Shown: positions 1-10,241 of the stretch, piece after piece
Numbering within the stretch: position 1 is the first letter of the stretch
Layout of the letters: every line of letters begins with the position of its first letter
DNA from: Candidatus Azambacteria bacterium
GTDB taxonomy: Bacteria; Patescibacteriota; Minisyncoccia; GWC2-36-17; WO2-46-25
Length of the DNA: 64,000 nt
Assembly: GCA_016200965.1 (NCBI GenBank)
Contig: JACQDT010000001.1
Coordinates: forward strand, 3,544-67,543
Direction: 5' to 3'
The notes under the pieces: generated by a model
What the model saw: only the letters and a program-made list of their open reading frames with translations
The model's database searches: none
Told to the model about the DNA's origin: nothing
Program-made: the position numbers and the translations under genes

Positions 1-107
1 GCGTTTCTGCGCTGATGCGCATCGTAGAGACCTTCCCCTTTTCATCAAGAGAAAACGCGGGAAACTCTTTATGGATAGCCTGTATTGTTGCTTGGAGTGT
101 CGGCATG

Positions 108-1049
108 TTATTTTCTCTTAGCTTTTGTTTTGGTCGTTTTTCGTTTTTTGCTTTGCATTTTTAGTTTCTGGTTGACCCATTCATGGTCGTGCCCGCTCAC
201 ATCCGCCACGCTCAAACCCTGCCGTGCCAGCAGTTTTTCGTTGAATGCGTAATCCTCGCGAAGTAACCGTGCGCCATCGGCAAGTCCCGCACTTTCCAAA
301 TGGTTTTTAAGCGCCAGCAGGTCTTTGGGCAAGCAGAACCCGCCAAAACCCCGGTAGCCGCCGTGCGCGACGTCCAGATGCGAGTCGCCGATGCGGGAGT
401 CCGCCGACATCCCCGCGCGGACGTTTTCATAATCGGCCCCCATGGTATCGGCAAGGCCGGCCAATATGTTCGCAAAATTGATCTTGCGCGCAAAATGCGC
501 GTTGCCGCCGTATTTGATGATCTCCGCTTCCGTCGCCGTGATCATGACTTGTCCGTAGGTGTTCACACCCCACGGCGACATGAACGGCGCCTTGGGCAGG
601 AGCGAAAGCACGGGATGCGCCGCATCGATGCTTTGCGCCGTAAACCCGACTATCTGGCGGTCCGGCTTCATGAAATCTTCCCACGCCTTGCATTCGGTCA
701 AAAACTCGGGATTGAACAAGACCTTATGTCGGGGATATTTTTTCTGGAAATGCTCCGTAGTCCCCGGCGGTACGGTCGATTTCAAAACGACGATCTTTTC
801 GCCTTGTATGCCCGCGAACGCGTGTTCCACCGCAGAAAGATCCGCGGAGCCGTCTGTGCCTCCGGGCGTGGGCACCGAAATGAAAATGATATCCGCTTTA
901 TTGATGTCGTCGCCGTATCCTTTTTTCTGATCGATGTCGAACAGGTGTAGTTGCTTTCCCCTGACGTATCCTTTTTCTTCGAAATAACGCTTCAGCGGCG
1001 TGCCGACCATACCGATGCCGATGATCCCGATGGTGTGTTTGTCATTCAT
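108..1049 (-). CDS. nucleotide-sugar dehydrogenase (UDP-glucose/GDP-mannose 6-dehydrogenase family), short form with Lys-rich C-terminal tail
   Basis: N-terminal Rossmann GIIGIGMVG. NPEFLTE and GGFCLPKD catalytic-Cys motifs typical of the family. Confidence 0.6.
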   Translation of the reverse strand: MNDKHTIGIIGIGMVGTPLKRYFEEKGYVRGKQLHLFDIDQKKGYGDDINKADIIFISVPTPGGTDGSADLSAVEHAFAGIQGEKIVVLKSTVPPGTTEHFQKKYPRHKVLFNPEFLTECKAWEDFMKPDRQIVGFTAQSIDAAHPVLSLLPKAPFMSPWGVNTYGQVMITATEAEIIKYGGNAHFARKINFANILAGLADTMGADYENVRAGMSADSRIGDSHLDVAHGGYRGFGGFCLPKDLLALKNHLESAGLADGARLLREDYAFNEKLLARQGLSVADVSGHDHEWVNQKLKMQSKKRKTTKTKAKRK

Positions 1050-1059
1050 GAACGATGCA

Positions 1060-2523
1060 TTATTGTAATATATTCCTGATCTGTTCGAGTAATGTGGAAA
1101 ACTCGCCGGGCAAAAATATGCCTAGTCCGACAATCACGGCGAGATTGAAAAAAATTGGCGCCACCATGAAACGATTCACTTCCCCGGGCTTTGTGCCTTC
1201 AGGCGGATCGCCAAACAACATGCGGTTCACATGATAGAAAAAACCGGCAAATACCACGACAAAAAGAAGTAATACAGATGCTGCGATCCATGCGTATGCG
1301 CCCGCAAATCCGCCGGCAAGAATTAAAAGCTCGCTGAAAAATATTGAAAACGGCGGCAAACCTACAATCGCCACAAGTCCGAAAATAAAGAGAAGTGAGG
1401 TAACTGGAATAATCCTGATCATCCCGCTCACTCGTGCAATGGCGCCGGTATGATATTTTAAAAGGATATTGCCGGCCGTGAAAAAAAGCATGGATTTAGT
1501 CATAGCGTGATTGAACACATGCCAGAGCGCGCCCAGCACCGAGAGAGGATGTCCGAATCCGATGCCGAGCGTGATAATCCCCATATGCTCAATGCTTGAA
1601 TATGCGAACAGACGCTTGTACTTGCGTGCTACAAGAATAATGAAACTCGCAATAAAAATCGATATGAATCCGAAAATAACAAACAGCGTATTCGTGAAAT
1701 GCTGGTTGCCGAGCGCATCATCCGTGATCACCTTAAATCGTAAAATGCTATACAATGCAACGTTCAGTAAAACACCGGACATCAGCGCCGAAATAGGCGT
1801 CGGTGCGCGGCCATGAGCGTCAGGAAGCCACGTATGAAAGGGAGCTAAACCGACCTTTGTTCCATAACCGACAAAAATAAAAATAAAGGCAATTTTAATC
1901 AATTCGGGATCTAAATGAGATGAGATCCCCAAAACCAACGAAGACCATAGTAATACATCGGAGACATTCGCTCCGGTCCTCAATGAAGCATAATACACCA
2001 AGATAGTCCCAAAGAGCGCAAGCGTAATGCCGACTGTGCAAATAATGAGATACTTCCACGCCGCCTCGATCGTTTTTTCGTTATTATAAAAACTAATGAG
2101 AAAAGCGGTCGCGAGCGTCGTGCCTTCTATGGCAACCCACATCACCGCAAGATTGTTAGAAAGCAGAGCGAGCAACATCGTGCAGATGAAAAGCTGGGTG
2201 AGCGCGTAATATTGCCGGACGCGACGCATACCGATAATACCGCTTTTGAACTCCTCGCCGATATAACCGACGGAATACAAAATCGCAATAAAGGCGACCA
2301 AACTTACTATACCGACAAGATATGCCGACAGGGCGTCCGCCATGAGCATTTTCCCCGGAGAAAATATCGCCCCCCCATGTTCAACCTGTGTCAACAACAC
2401 GAATGAAAGCAGAGTGACGATGCCTTGCGCAATCACATTGGACACCTCTATATTCCTTTTATTTTTCAAAAGGAACGAGGCAATCGCGGTAAGAAAAGGG
2501 ATAATAAGGATGGTAGATAACAT
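1060..2523 (-). CDS. complex I / hydrogenase-4 antiporter-like membrane subunit (NuoN/HyfF-like)
   Basis: Polytopic membrane protein. Hallmark GLAPFHTWLPDAHGRAPTPISALMSG motif of the NuoL/M/N-MrpD family. Confidence 0.7.
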   Translation of the reverse strand: MLSTILIIPFLTAIASFLLKNKRNIEVSNVIAQGIVTLLSFVLLTQVEHGGAIFSPGKMLMADALSAYLVGIVSLVAFIAILYSVGYIGEEFKSGIIGMRRVRQYYALTQLFICTMLLALLSNNLAVMWVAIEGTTLATAFLISFYNNEKTIEAAWKYLIICTVGITLALFGTILVYYASLRTGANVSDVLLWSSLVLGISSHLDPELIKIAFIFIFVGYGTKVGLAPFHTWLPDAHGRAPTPISALMSGVLLNVALYSILRFKVITDDALGNQHFTNTLFVIFGFISIFIASFIILVARKYKRLFAYSSIEHMGIITLGIGFGHPLSVLGALWHVFNHAMTKSMLFFTAGNILLKYHTGAIARVSGMIRIIPVTSLLFIFGLVAIVGLPPFSIFFSELLILAGGFAGAYAWIAASVLLLFVVVFAGFFYHVNRMLFGDPPEGTKPGEVNRFMVAPIFFNLAVIVGLGIFLPGEFSTLLEQIRNILQ

Positions 2524-2524
2524 A

Positions 2525-3196
2525 TTATTCTTTATTTTCCTGAAGCTGGCTTACGTTAATATGATGGAACGTTTGATTAATCTTGAAAAGAAAAATACCC
2601 ATAATCAGAAGCGCAACCAGTACGTCGAACGAGATACTCACTTCAATGAAAAACGGGATGCCAAATGTCGTGATGCTTGCCAGAAAAAAAAGACTGTTTT
2701 CCATGAACAAAAATCCGAGCATTTGTGTAAGCGCTTTCGTGCGGGAAATCATGATAAAAAATCCGATGAGCATCATCGCAAGCGCCATGGTAAGCGCTGC
2801 CTGAGAAAACGGCGCACCGGTCGGGAATACGCGATGCGTTATATAAAACGAGAATACGGTAAGCGCTCCCGCGATCAAAAGAGAACTGGAGGTATTGATA
2901 TAAAATTGCACCTCCCGGTTGACCTTGATCTCTTTGATAAGCCAAAAAAGCATCCCCGGTATCAAACCGACCTTTAACATCAGCGTAAGCAAAAAACCGA
3001 TGTACAGATGCGGCTCATGCATCCCAAAAGCGACAACCGCCATTACCAAACTCAGAAAAAACGAATGGATAATAAATAAATTAATGCAGGCATGCATCCC
3101 TTTTTGGGTCAACACAAGCAATGAGCTCACCAGCATAATGCCGGCGAGAATATTGACAATATGCGCGATGGAGGGGAAAAGAATGTTTGTTTCCAT
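2525..3196 (-). CDS. hydrogenase-4 component E-like small membrane subunit (HyfE/NuoK-like)
   Basis: About 220-aa hydrophobic protein lying between the NuoH-like and NuoN-like genes. Size and position match HyfE. Confidence 0.45.
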   Translation of the reverse strand: METNILFPSIAHIVNILAGIMLVSSLLVLTQKGMHACINLFIIHSFFLSLVMAVVAFGMHEPHLYIGFLLTLMLKVGLIPGMLFWLIKEIKVNREVQFYINTSSSLLIAGALTVFSFYITHRVFPTGAPFSQAALTMALAMMLIGFFIMISRTKALTQMLGFLFMENSLFFLASITTFGIPFFIEVSISFDVLVALLIMGIFLFKINQTFHHINVSQLQENKE

Positions 3197-3201
3197 AGAT
3201 A

Positions 3202-4158
3202 TTACACGAAAAAGCTTGAAATAAGCGCGATAAGCGCAAGCACGAAAGCGATGCCAAGAAAATCAGGCAAACGGAAAAGACGCAGCTTCGCGATGCTGTT
3301 TTCAATGAAAGCGATTACGCATACTGCGATAGAAACCTTGACCACAAGAAGAAATATCGCAAGCATGGCGGACGAAAACGTAAATTCCGCCATCAACCCG
3401 AACGGGAAAAAAATATTCACCAAAAGAACGAGAAAGATGGTCAGTTTGAGCGCCGCCGCCCATTCAATAAGCGCGAGCTGACGCCCGGAATATTCTAAAA
3501 TCATCGCTTCATGTACCATGGTCAGTTCAAGATGCGTTGCCGGATTGTCCACCGGTATGCGTTTATTTTCGGCAAGCAACACGATAAAAAACGCAGCAAA
3601 GGCAAATATATTACTAAGAAGGAAAAGGGAGCCCGGTTCGGCGAGCCCGTGTGAAATGATATTGCTTAAATTCGTCGATCCGCCTGCGCGCGCAACGGCA
3701 AAAATGGCAAGCATCATTGCCGGCTCGGAAAGCGAGTATATCATCACTTCCCTGCTTGACCCCATGCCTCCGAACGCCGATCCCGCATCAAGCCCCGCAA
3801 GCACCATAAAAAATGTTGCAAGCGCAAAAAGATAAATGATTAAAATAATATCGGCGGCGCTTCCAAGGGGCGAGAAGCTGAAAAGTACCGGAACAAAAAG
3901 CGCAACGCCCGCCGCCGCGCCGAAAATGATCCATGGCGCGATGCGAAATATAAATGACGTGTGTTCCGATATCACGGATTCCTTCCGGAAAAGCTTGAAT
4001 GCGTCGTAATACCCCTGCAAGAGCGGCGGACCGACCCTGTTTTGAAGGCGCGCCTTGATTTTCTTGATGGTCATACGCACCAGCGGAGCCGCGGCGATGA
4101 GCATGCCCGCCTGGAAAAAAACGATGCCCGCATATGAAAAAAGTATCGTGGTATCCAT
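3202..4158 (-). CDS. NuoH / HycD / HyfC-like membrane subunit
   Basis: 318-aa polytopic protein with complex I subunit 1 / formate hydrogenlyase subunit 4 architecture; translationally adjacent to its neighbours. Confidence 0.65.
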   Translation of the reverse strand: MDTTILFSYAGIVFFQAGMLIAAAPLVRMTIKKIKARLQNRVGPPLLQGYYDAFKLFRKESVISEHTSFIFRIAPWIIFGAAAGVALFVPVLFSFSPLGSAADIILIIYLFALATFFMVLAGLDAGSAFGGMGSSREVMIYSLSEPAMMLAIFAVARAGGSTNLSNIISHGLAEPGSLFLLSNIFAFAAFFIVLLAENKRIPVDNPATHLELTMVHEAMILEYSGRQLALIEWAAALKLTIFLVLLVNIFFPFGLMAEFTFSSAMLAIFLLVVKVSIAVCVIAFIENSIAKLRLFRLPDFLGIAFVLALIALISSFFV

Positions 4159-4164
4159 AACGAT

Positions 4165-6180
4165 CTATACAAAAACAAAAAGCAACACTAACAGAGCGAT
4201 AAAGATATAGCTCAAATACACATTAATGTTGCCGCCCTGTATTTTTCTCATACTATTGCCCAAGGCAATCATCGCGTTGATAAACGGTTCATAGAGATAC
4301 CGCTCAAAAAGCGGCTCTATTTTTTCTTCGTAGCGCACCGCGGTTACTAAATACTGCGAGCCCTTCAATGTTTCGCGTTCAATGTTGTGCGTGGGGCGAT
4401 ACAAGCCGGAAAAGATGAGTTTAAATGGCATTGCAAAACTGCTTGCGGTATATTCCATCTTTGATTCTACAACCCGACCGCACGCCCAAGTGGGCGCCGA
4501 GCGCTTTCTATGCCTACCCCATATCATAAACATCAACAGCATGCCTGTGGCGATTATGCCGCCGACAAGCGCGATGACCGTAAAAGGAGAAATACGAGTT
4601 GGAAAGGACTGTGCCGGCATAATTGAAAACCAACTTGATACAATGGGATGCCCGAGATGAAGCCCTTCAACGATCGGCATAAACAGCGAAAAACCGATTC
4701 CCGGAATCACTCCCAACGCCACGCACGCGCACGCAAGAAATGCCATGCTTACCACCATGGGCTTACCGGCCTCATGCGCCTCCGAGGCTTCTTTGCTTCG
4801 CGGGAGCGCACAAAACACAATACCATATACCTTCGCAAAACACGCAAGCGCAAGCGCTCCGGTCAGCGCGAGAAGCGCCACAGAGATGCTCACCCCTATT
4901 TTAACCGCAATACTGTCGATCATGAGATTATAAAAAAGCCCTTGGAACACAAGCCATTCGGACACAAAACCATTCAACGGCGGGAGACCGGAAATCGCCA
5001 TCGCGCCGATAAGGAAAAAAACGGCAGTAAAAGGCATATATCTCGCCAGTCCGCCCATTCGTTCCATGTCATTACTGCGCATTATTTTTTGAACCGATCC
5101 GGCGCCTAAAAAGAGCAGGGTCTTGAATATGCTGTGGTTAAGCACATGGTAGAGCGCGGCGATAAGCCCAAGTCCAACAAACGTATATAGACCAAAGGCC
5201 TGAAAAAGGAGCGCCGAACCGATACCGATTAAAATAATCCCTATGTTCTCCACGCTATGATACGCTAAAAGACGCTTAAGATTATGTTCCATGAGCGCGT
5301 ACAACACGCCCATGATGGCGGACACGACTCCCACCGCAAGCACGAGCACCCCCCACCACCATACGGTGTGCGCGCCCAACAGATCGAACGCAAACCGCAC
5401 GATGCCGTATATCGCGATTTTAATCATCGTGCCCGACATAAGCGCGGAGATATGCGTTGGAGCCGCGGGGTGCGCCTCCGGGAGCCAAATGTGGTGCGGT
5501 ACCACTCCTGCCTTCGTGCTGAAACCGATGAACGCAAGTATGAAAATAAGGTTCTGTAGCCAAGGGAACATCCCGCCGCTTTGCAGGCGGAAATCGGAAA
5601 ACTGGAACGATCCTGTTTCTCTGAATAAAAGAAGAAACGCTATCACTAAAAGCGCCGTGCCAAAATGCGTCATTACCGCATACAAAAATCCTGCCCGCAA
5701 TGAACTTTCCTTTTTATACTCGTATGTAACTAAAAAGTAGGATACCACCGACATCAATTCCCATGCCGCAAGGAATACGATCATGTTATCGGCCGCCACC
5801 ACCAGCACCATGGAACAAATGAATGTATTATAAAGAAATCCTAATAAACCCATTGGATATGTCTTCTCATATTGAGATACATATTCAACCGCATATAAGG
5901 AAACTACAAAACCCGTGCCGCATACCAATAAAATAAAAAATGCACTGAGCGCATCCACAGAAAATACTACCGATGCAATTGAAAAAAGATGCCAGGATGA
6001 AAACTGGAACGTCTGATGAGATGCAAAAACAGAAAGCGCGAAAAGAATACCCGTCAGCGAGGCGCACATCGCTATAGTATGAGCGGCTATTTTGGCAATA
6101 TGGGGCGTGCGCCAAAATACGAAGCCCGAAAGCGCTCCCAGTAAAAACAAAAAAAGTGTGGCAAAAAAAAGAATGCCCAT
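4165..6180 (-). CDS. NuoL / HyfB-like large antiporter-type membrane subunit
   Basis: 671 aa, the same size as HyfB. Contains the HHIWLPEAHPAAPTHISALMSG motif. Confidence 0.7.
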   Translation of the reverse strand: MGILFFATLFLFLLGALSGFVFWRTPHIAKIAAHTIAMCASLTGILFALSVFASHQTFQFSSWHLFSIASVVFSVDALSAFFILLVCGTGFVVSLYAVEYVSQYEKTYPMGLLGFLYNTFICSMVLVVAADNMIVFLAAWELMSVVSYFLVTYEYKKESSLRAGFLYAVMTHFGTALLVIAFLLLFRETGSFQFSDFRLQSGGMFPWLQNLIFILAFIGFSTKAGVVPHHIWLPEAHPAAPTHISALMSGTMIKIAIYGIVRFAFDLLGAHTVWWWGVLVLAVGVVSAIMGVLYALMEHNLKRLLAYHSVENIGIILIGIGSALLFQAFGLYTFVGLGLIAALYHVLNHSIFKTLLFLGAGSVQKIMRSNDMERMGGLARYMPFTAVFFLIGAMAISGLPPLNGFVSEWLVFQGLFYNLMIDSIAVKIGVSISVALLALTGALALACFAKVYGIVFCALPRSKEASEAHEAGKPMVVSMAFLACACVALGVIPGIGFSLFMPIVEGLHLGHPIVSSWFSIMPAQSFPTRISPFTVIALVGGIIATGMLLMFMIWGRHRKRSAPTWACGRVVESKMEYTASSFAMPFKLIFSGLYRPTHNIERETLKGSQYLVTAVRYEEKIEPLFERYLYEPFINAMIALGNSMRKIQGGNINVYLSYIFIALLVLLFVFV

Positions 6181-6195
6181 GATATATCCCGCGTG

Positions 6196-6738
6196 TTACG
6201 CTGTTCCTTGATTATTTTTTGATTCAAGCGCGTGCAAAATGCCGGCAAGGATTGCCCGCGGTGTCGGTGGACAACCGCGGATATACACATCTACTGGAAT
6301 CACTTTATCCACTCCGTCCAGCGTCGCATAACTTCCCTTGTAGATGCCCCCATCGCACGCGCAAGAGCCGCATGCAATAACTATTTTCGGATCGGGCGTC
6401 GCTTCGTATGTCCTGAGCACCGCGTCTTTAAGCGCGCGCGTGACCGGCCCGGTGACCAACAACGCATCCGCATGACGCGGAGAAGCAACAATGGAAATTC
6501 CGAATCGCTCCATATCATAATAGGCATTGGCTAGCGCATTGATCTCTATCTCGCACGCATTGCACGATCCCGCACTCACTTGCCGTATTGCAAGCGATCT
6601 TCCAAAAAGTTTTTTGATATGCGCATTCAATTTCTTTCCTATTATCTGAACATCCTCCGGCTGAAATAGCTTCGTGATCTTTTCAGTTTTCAGAGTTATG
6701 GCCCCTGTTTTAATAATTTTTCGGTACAAATCAAGCAT
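6196..6738 (-). CDS. group-4 [NiFe]-hydrogenase small subunit / NuoB-like 20-kDa Fe-S subunit
   Basis: GSCNACEIE (HycG/EchC-type CxxCE), GSCACDGG and IRGCPPTP motifs that ligate the proximal 4Fe-4S cluster. First gene of the minus-strand operon. Confidence 0.8.
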   Translation of the reverse strand: MLDLYRKIIKTGAITLKTEKITKLFQPEDVQIIGKKLNAHIKKLFGRSLAIRQVSAGSCNACEIEINALANAYYDMERFGISIVASPRHADALLVTGPVTRALKDAVLRTYEATPDPKIVIACGSCACDGGIYKGSYATLDGVDKVIPVDVYIRGCPPTPRAILAGILHALESKNNQGTA

Positions 6739-6820
6739 ATTTTAGAAAACGAATATCCGCATAAAAATGCGGAACGTATTGAATATATCACGAAGTATGT
6801 ATCCTACTCCTGCTGGAATT

Positions 6821-6856
6821 TGAAAGTCAAGCCAAAATAGTGGACAATTCTGAATG
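6821..6856 (+). promoter_or_regulatory. candidate sigma70 promoter for rpmE (TGGACA, 17-bp spacer, TATAAT)
   Basis: The sequence gtggacaattctgaatgtatgcgctataatgg lies about 12 nt upstream of the rpmE start codon. Confidence 0.4.
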
Positions 6857-6867
6857 TATGCGCTATA

Positions 6868-7110
6868 ATGGAAAACATGAAAAAAGACATTCATCCCCAG
6901 TATTTTCAGGCCGCGGTAACGTGTGCCTGCGGCAACACGTTCAAAACCGGCTCCACGATGAGCGAAATCAACGTGGAAATTTGCAGCAACTGCCATCCGT
7001 TTTACACCGGCAAACAGAAGCTCGTCGACACCACCGGTCGCGTGGAGAAATTCAATAAAAGAGTCGCCGCACGCGCCGCGAAAAACGCACCAAAGACCAA
7101 AAAGAAGTGA
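6868..7110 (+). CDS. rpmE: 50S ribosomal protein L31
   Basis: MKKDIHPQY ... CxxC ... [18 protein letters not shown] ... GRVEKFNKR, the canonical L31 sequence. Ends in TGA. Confidence 0.9.
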   Translation: MENMKKDIHPQYFQAAVTCACGNTFKTGSTMSEINVEICSNCHPFYTGKQKLVDTTGRVEKFNKRVAARAAKNAPKTKKK

Positions 7111-8156
7111 ATGAGCGACTTGAAGCCCTGAAAATCGAGCATCGCGATATCGGCCAACAGCTCACCGTGCGTGAAGCTGTTTTTGATTTGAAAGCCCAGC
7201 GCACGCTTGCCAAGCGCCACGCTGAACTGGGAGAGATCATAGAAAAATACGAACGGCTTGAAAACATAAAAAAAGAAATTGCCGATAATGAAGACATTTT
7301 AAAAACCGAAAAAGACGCGGCAATGATCGCGCTTGCGCAGGAAGAACTGGCAAGAAACCATAAAAAGGAAGCAACCATTGAAGAAGAGATCGCTGACTTT
7401 CTCTCTCCGAGCACCCACGGCACATACAAGCATGCCATCGTGGAAATCAGAGCGGGTACGGGCGGAGAGGAAGCGGCGTTATTCGCGGCGCAATTGTACC
7501 GTATGTACACCAGATACGCGCATAATCGCGGATGGAAAGCGGCGCTCATCGACTCCAGCCAGACCCCTCTGGGAGGATTCAAGGAAGTGGTCTTTGAACT
7601 TTCCGGAGCGCGGGTATACGCCGACATGCGCTTTGAAAGTGGCGTGCACCGCGTCCAGCGGATACCGGAAACGGAAAAACAGGGGCGTATCCATACGTCC
7701 ACCGTTTCGGTCGCCGTCCTGCCGGAAGTCGAGGAAAGCGAAATAACCATAAACCCGTCTGATTTACGAGTGGAAACCTACCGCGCCGGCGGCCCGGGCG
7801 GCCAAAATGTCAATAAAGTAGAAACGGCGGTCAGGGTCATTCACATTCCTACCGGCACCGTAGTCGCCTCCCAAGAAGAGCGCTCCCAGGCGCGCAACCG
7901 AGAAAAGGCCCTCCAGATCCTTCAATCAAAGCTCATACAGGCACAGGAAGAAAAAGCGCAAAAAGAACAAGGGCAGATGCGCAAAGAGCAGATCGGCACG
8001 GGAGACCGCTCAGAAAAAATCAGAACATATAATTACCCTCAGGACCGGGTGACGGATCACCGCATCAAGAAAAGCTGGTACAATATTCCGAGCATCATCG
8101 AAGGAAATATGGGAGAAATAATCGAGGAGCTGAAAAAACAAATAGCGGATAGCTAA
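7107..8156 (+). CDS. prfA: peptide chain release factor 1
   Basis: [20 protein letters not shown] (GGQ motif) and a [15 protein letters not shown] PxT-type tripeptide region. GTG start overlaps the rpmE stop. Confidence 0.9.
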   Translation: MNERLEALKIEHRDIGQQLTVREAVFDLKAQRTLAKRHAELGEIIEKYERLENIKKEIADNEDILKTEKDAAMIALAQEELARNHKKEATIEEEIADFLSPSTHGTYKHAIVEIRAGTGGEEAALFAAQLYRMYTRYAHNRGWKAALIDSSQTPLGGFKEVVFELSGARVYADMRFESGVHRVQRIPETEKQGRIHTSTVSVAVLPEVEESEITINPSDLRVETYRAGGPGGQNVNKVETAVRVIHIPTGTVVASQEERSQARNREKALQILQSKLIQAQEEKAQKEQGQMRKEQIGTGDRSEKIRTYNYPQDRVTDHRIKKSWYNIPSIIEGNMGEIIEELKKQIADS

Positions 8157-8171
8157 TGGTAAATGGCAGTA

Positions 8172-9527
8172 TTATAAGCTATTCGCTCCGCCTGAACGCG
8201 CTCCTATTCCTTCAAGCACGTCGATCTGCCCTTGATAATATTCCGCCCAGTCCATCACATTGTTAGCATAGATCTGGGAAACCCTTTTTTTATAATTGCC
8301 TCCGCCGAGATATTTTGCGGCGGCGGTGTGTTCGTCTTTATATGCATGGCTTCCCGCGCCGTTGCCAACAAGCTTCAGGCCGGAAGCGATAAACGCATCC
8401 TCGATGCTCCATGGCGAAGGAGGATTATGCCCGGTCAGCGCCGCGACCTGATGTTCATACGCCGACCATGTGGACGGGATGAATTGCGCCGCCCCCATCG
8501 CGCCGCCCCATCCGTAATACGGGTGCTTGGATACTGGCATAGTATCGGGATCAAGACCGAGTTTCTGTGTGAGTTGTAAAAATATCGGGCGCTCCGCCGG
8601 CTTCATGTCTTTGCGCCATGATCCCCCGCCGACATAGGTGCCAAGCCGCGATTCCACCTGGAATATGGCGAGCAGAAAAGCAGGCCGCACGCCTGTTTTC
8701 TGGCCCGTAAATAATGCTTTCTCTATCGCCTCCCCAAGCGACATGGACACCCCGACGCTTTCCAAAGTGAAAAGCTGTTGGCGTATCATCACTGCATCTT
8801 TCTTTGATTTCTTCAATCCCTCCTGAAAGAGTTTTTCCTGACCTTTTGTTTGTTCAAGGAGGGTTGATTTTTCGCTTTGCTTCTTTTCAAGCGTTTGCTT
8901 CTGCAGAGTGGAGAGATTTTTCAGCCGCACCATGTCATCCTTTTTATCTTCAAGATCGGACCGATCACTTTCAAGATCTTTTCTTATGTCATCTATGTGC
9001 ATGATGAATTCATTCACGTCGCGCTGAATATTTTGAAGGCCGCGCACATGATTGAAGAGATCGGAGAGATTCCCTCCGAAAAACAATGCGCCAACCCAAT
9101 TCACGCCGTCATACTTGTTGAGCTCCTGTAATGAAGCCGCGAGGAGCATTTTCTTTTCTTTCAGCTTATTTTCCAGTCCGCCTATCTCTCCGTTCTTTTC
9201 CTTGATTTCCTGCGCGATTTCGCGCAAATTCAGATCAATCTCTCTGATCTGAAGCTTCTGCTTTTCCATTTCTTTATTCAAAATGCTGATTTCCCGCGTA
9301 AGCGATTTCTGATCCGCTTTCGCCCCTTCAATGCCGTTTTCAAGCTCGGTTATCTGATTCTGCACGTCTTGCAGTTGATTTCTCAGCTCTTCTTTCGTAA
9401 TCGCGGCATCACCGATCTGCGCGCGCGCAGAAACAGCGGGCAACGCCGCCGCATACGCAAAAAAAATAAAAACAAAAACAAAAAGCCCTTCGCACAGCAC
9501 GACAAGGACTTTTTGAGACAGGTTCAT
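8172..9527 (-). CDS. secreted coiled-coil protein with C-terminal lytic-transglycosylase (MltB/SLT-like) domain
   Basis: Signal-peptide-like N-terminus, then about 200 aa of heptad-rich coiled coil. C-terminal VESRLG ... GAAQFIPSTW motif as in MltB-type transglycosylases. Confidence 0.5.
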   Translation of the reverse strand: MNLSQKVLVVLCEGLFVFVFIFFAYAAALPAVSARAQIGDAAITKEELRNQLQDVQNQITELENGIEGAKADQKSLTREISILNKEMEKQKLQIREIDLNLREIAQEIKEKNGEIGGLENKLKEKKMLLAASLQELNKYDGVNWVGALFFGGNLSDLFNHVRGLQNIQRDVNEFIMHIDDIRKDLESDRSDLEDKKDDMVRLKNLSTLQKQTLEKKQSEKSTLLEQTKGQEKLFQEGLKKSKKDAVMIRQQLFTLESVGVSMSLGEAIEKALFTGQKTGVRPAFLLAIFQVESRLGTYVGGGSWRKDMKPAERPIFLQLTQKLGLDPDTMPVSKHPYYGWGGAMGAAQFIPSTWSAYEHQVAALTGHNPPSPWSIEDAFIASGLKLVGNGAGSHAYKDEHTAAAKYLGGGNYKKRVSQIYANNVMDWAEYYQGQIDVLEGIGARSGGANSL

Positions 9528-10228
9528 TATTTCTCCGGCTTCTTTTCTGACTTCTTTTCCGGCTCTTTTTCCGCCGCTTTGGCCACATCGCGTTCTTTCT
9601 TCTTTTCCTCGGTTTCCACCTTCACTTCATCCACCTTCATCACTACTTCCTGTTTGCGCGATTCCAGCTCTGCTTCCATGCGCGGCGGCATCGCTTTGGC
9701 GATGATTTCTTTCGGGTCGCCGAACACCTTCACGCCGTGCGGGATCTTCAGATCCCCGAGCACAATCGTATCGCTGAATGTTTTAAGCGACGAAATATCA
9801 ACTACAACCTCGCGCGGCAGATCTTTGGGTAGCGCTTCAACCTCAATTTTATGCACGTTCCTGACCAGCACTCCGCCAGACGATTTCACCGCTTCGGATT
9901 CTCCGTGAAACACCAACGGAATATGCGTCTTGATTTTCTGATCTTTTTTCACTTCGTAAAAATCAACGTGAGTGATATCACCCTTCAACGGGTCAAGCGA
10001 GACGTCATGGATCAGCACGCTCCTCTGGCCGTCTTCCCCGTTAATATGCAAATCAAGCAGGGTGGTTTCCCCGGCCGATTTATACGCCTTGGCGAACGTT
10101 TTCCCGTCAAGTTTCAAACTGACGTTTTTTATGTTATGGCCGTATAGTACCGCCGGAATGTTTCCCGCTTTTCGGACATGATTCGCTTTTTCAGCGGATG
10201 TTCTGGTATGCGCGATGAGTTTTGTCAT
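9527..10228 (-). CDS. rplY: 50S ribosomal protein L25 / general stress protein Ctc with Lys/Glu-rich tail
   Basis: KANHVRKAGNIPAVLYG ... LKLDG pattern of L25/Ctc. Long charged C-terminal extension. Confidence 0.8.
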   Translation of the reverse strand: MTKLIAHTRTSAEKANHVRKAGNIPAVLYGHNIKNVSLKLDGKTFAKAYKSAGETTLLDLHINGEDGQRSVLIHDVSLDPLKGDITHVDFYEVKKDQKIKTHIPLVFHGESEAVKSSGGVLVRNVHKIEVEALPKDLPREVVVDISSLKTFSDTIVLGDLKIPHGVKVFGDPKEIIAKAMPPRMEAELESRKQEVVMKVDEVKVETEEKKKERDVAKAAEKEPEKKSEKKPEK

Positions 10229-10241
10229 ATGCGGTTATTCG

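Noticed and set aside
300-950. Plus-strand ORF of 216 aa (and similar long antisense ORFs at 10222..11085, 49370..50134, 55692..56456, 58634..59482)
   Set aside because: They lie antisense to genes with strong family signatures. They have Arg/His/Pro-rich composition and lack any motif. They are artefacts of GC-rich opposite strands.
7107-8156. Programmed +1 frameshift as in prfB
   Set aside because: The protein is RF1-type (PET tripeptide region, no SPF) and is one uninterrupted ORF. No frameshift site is present.
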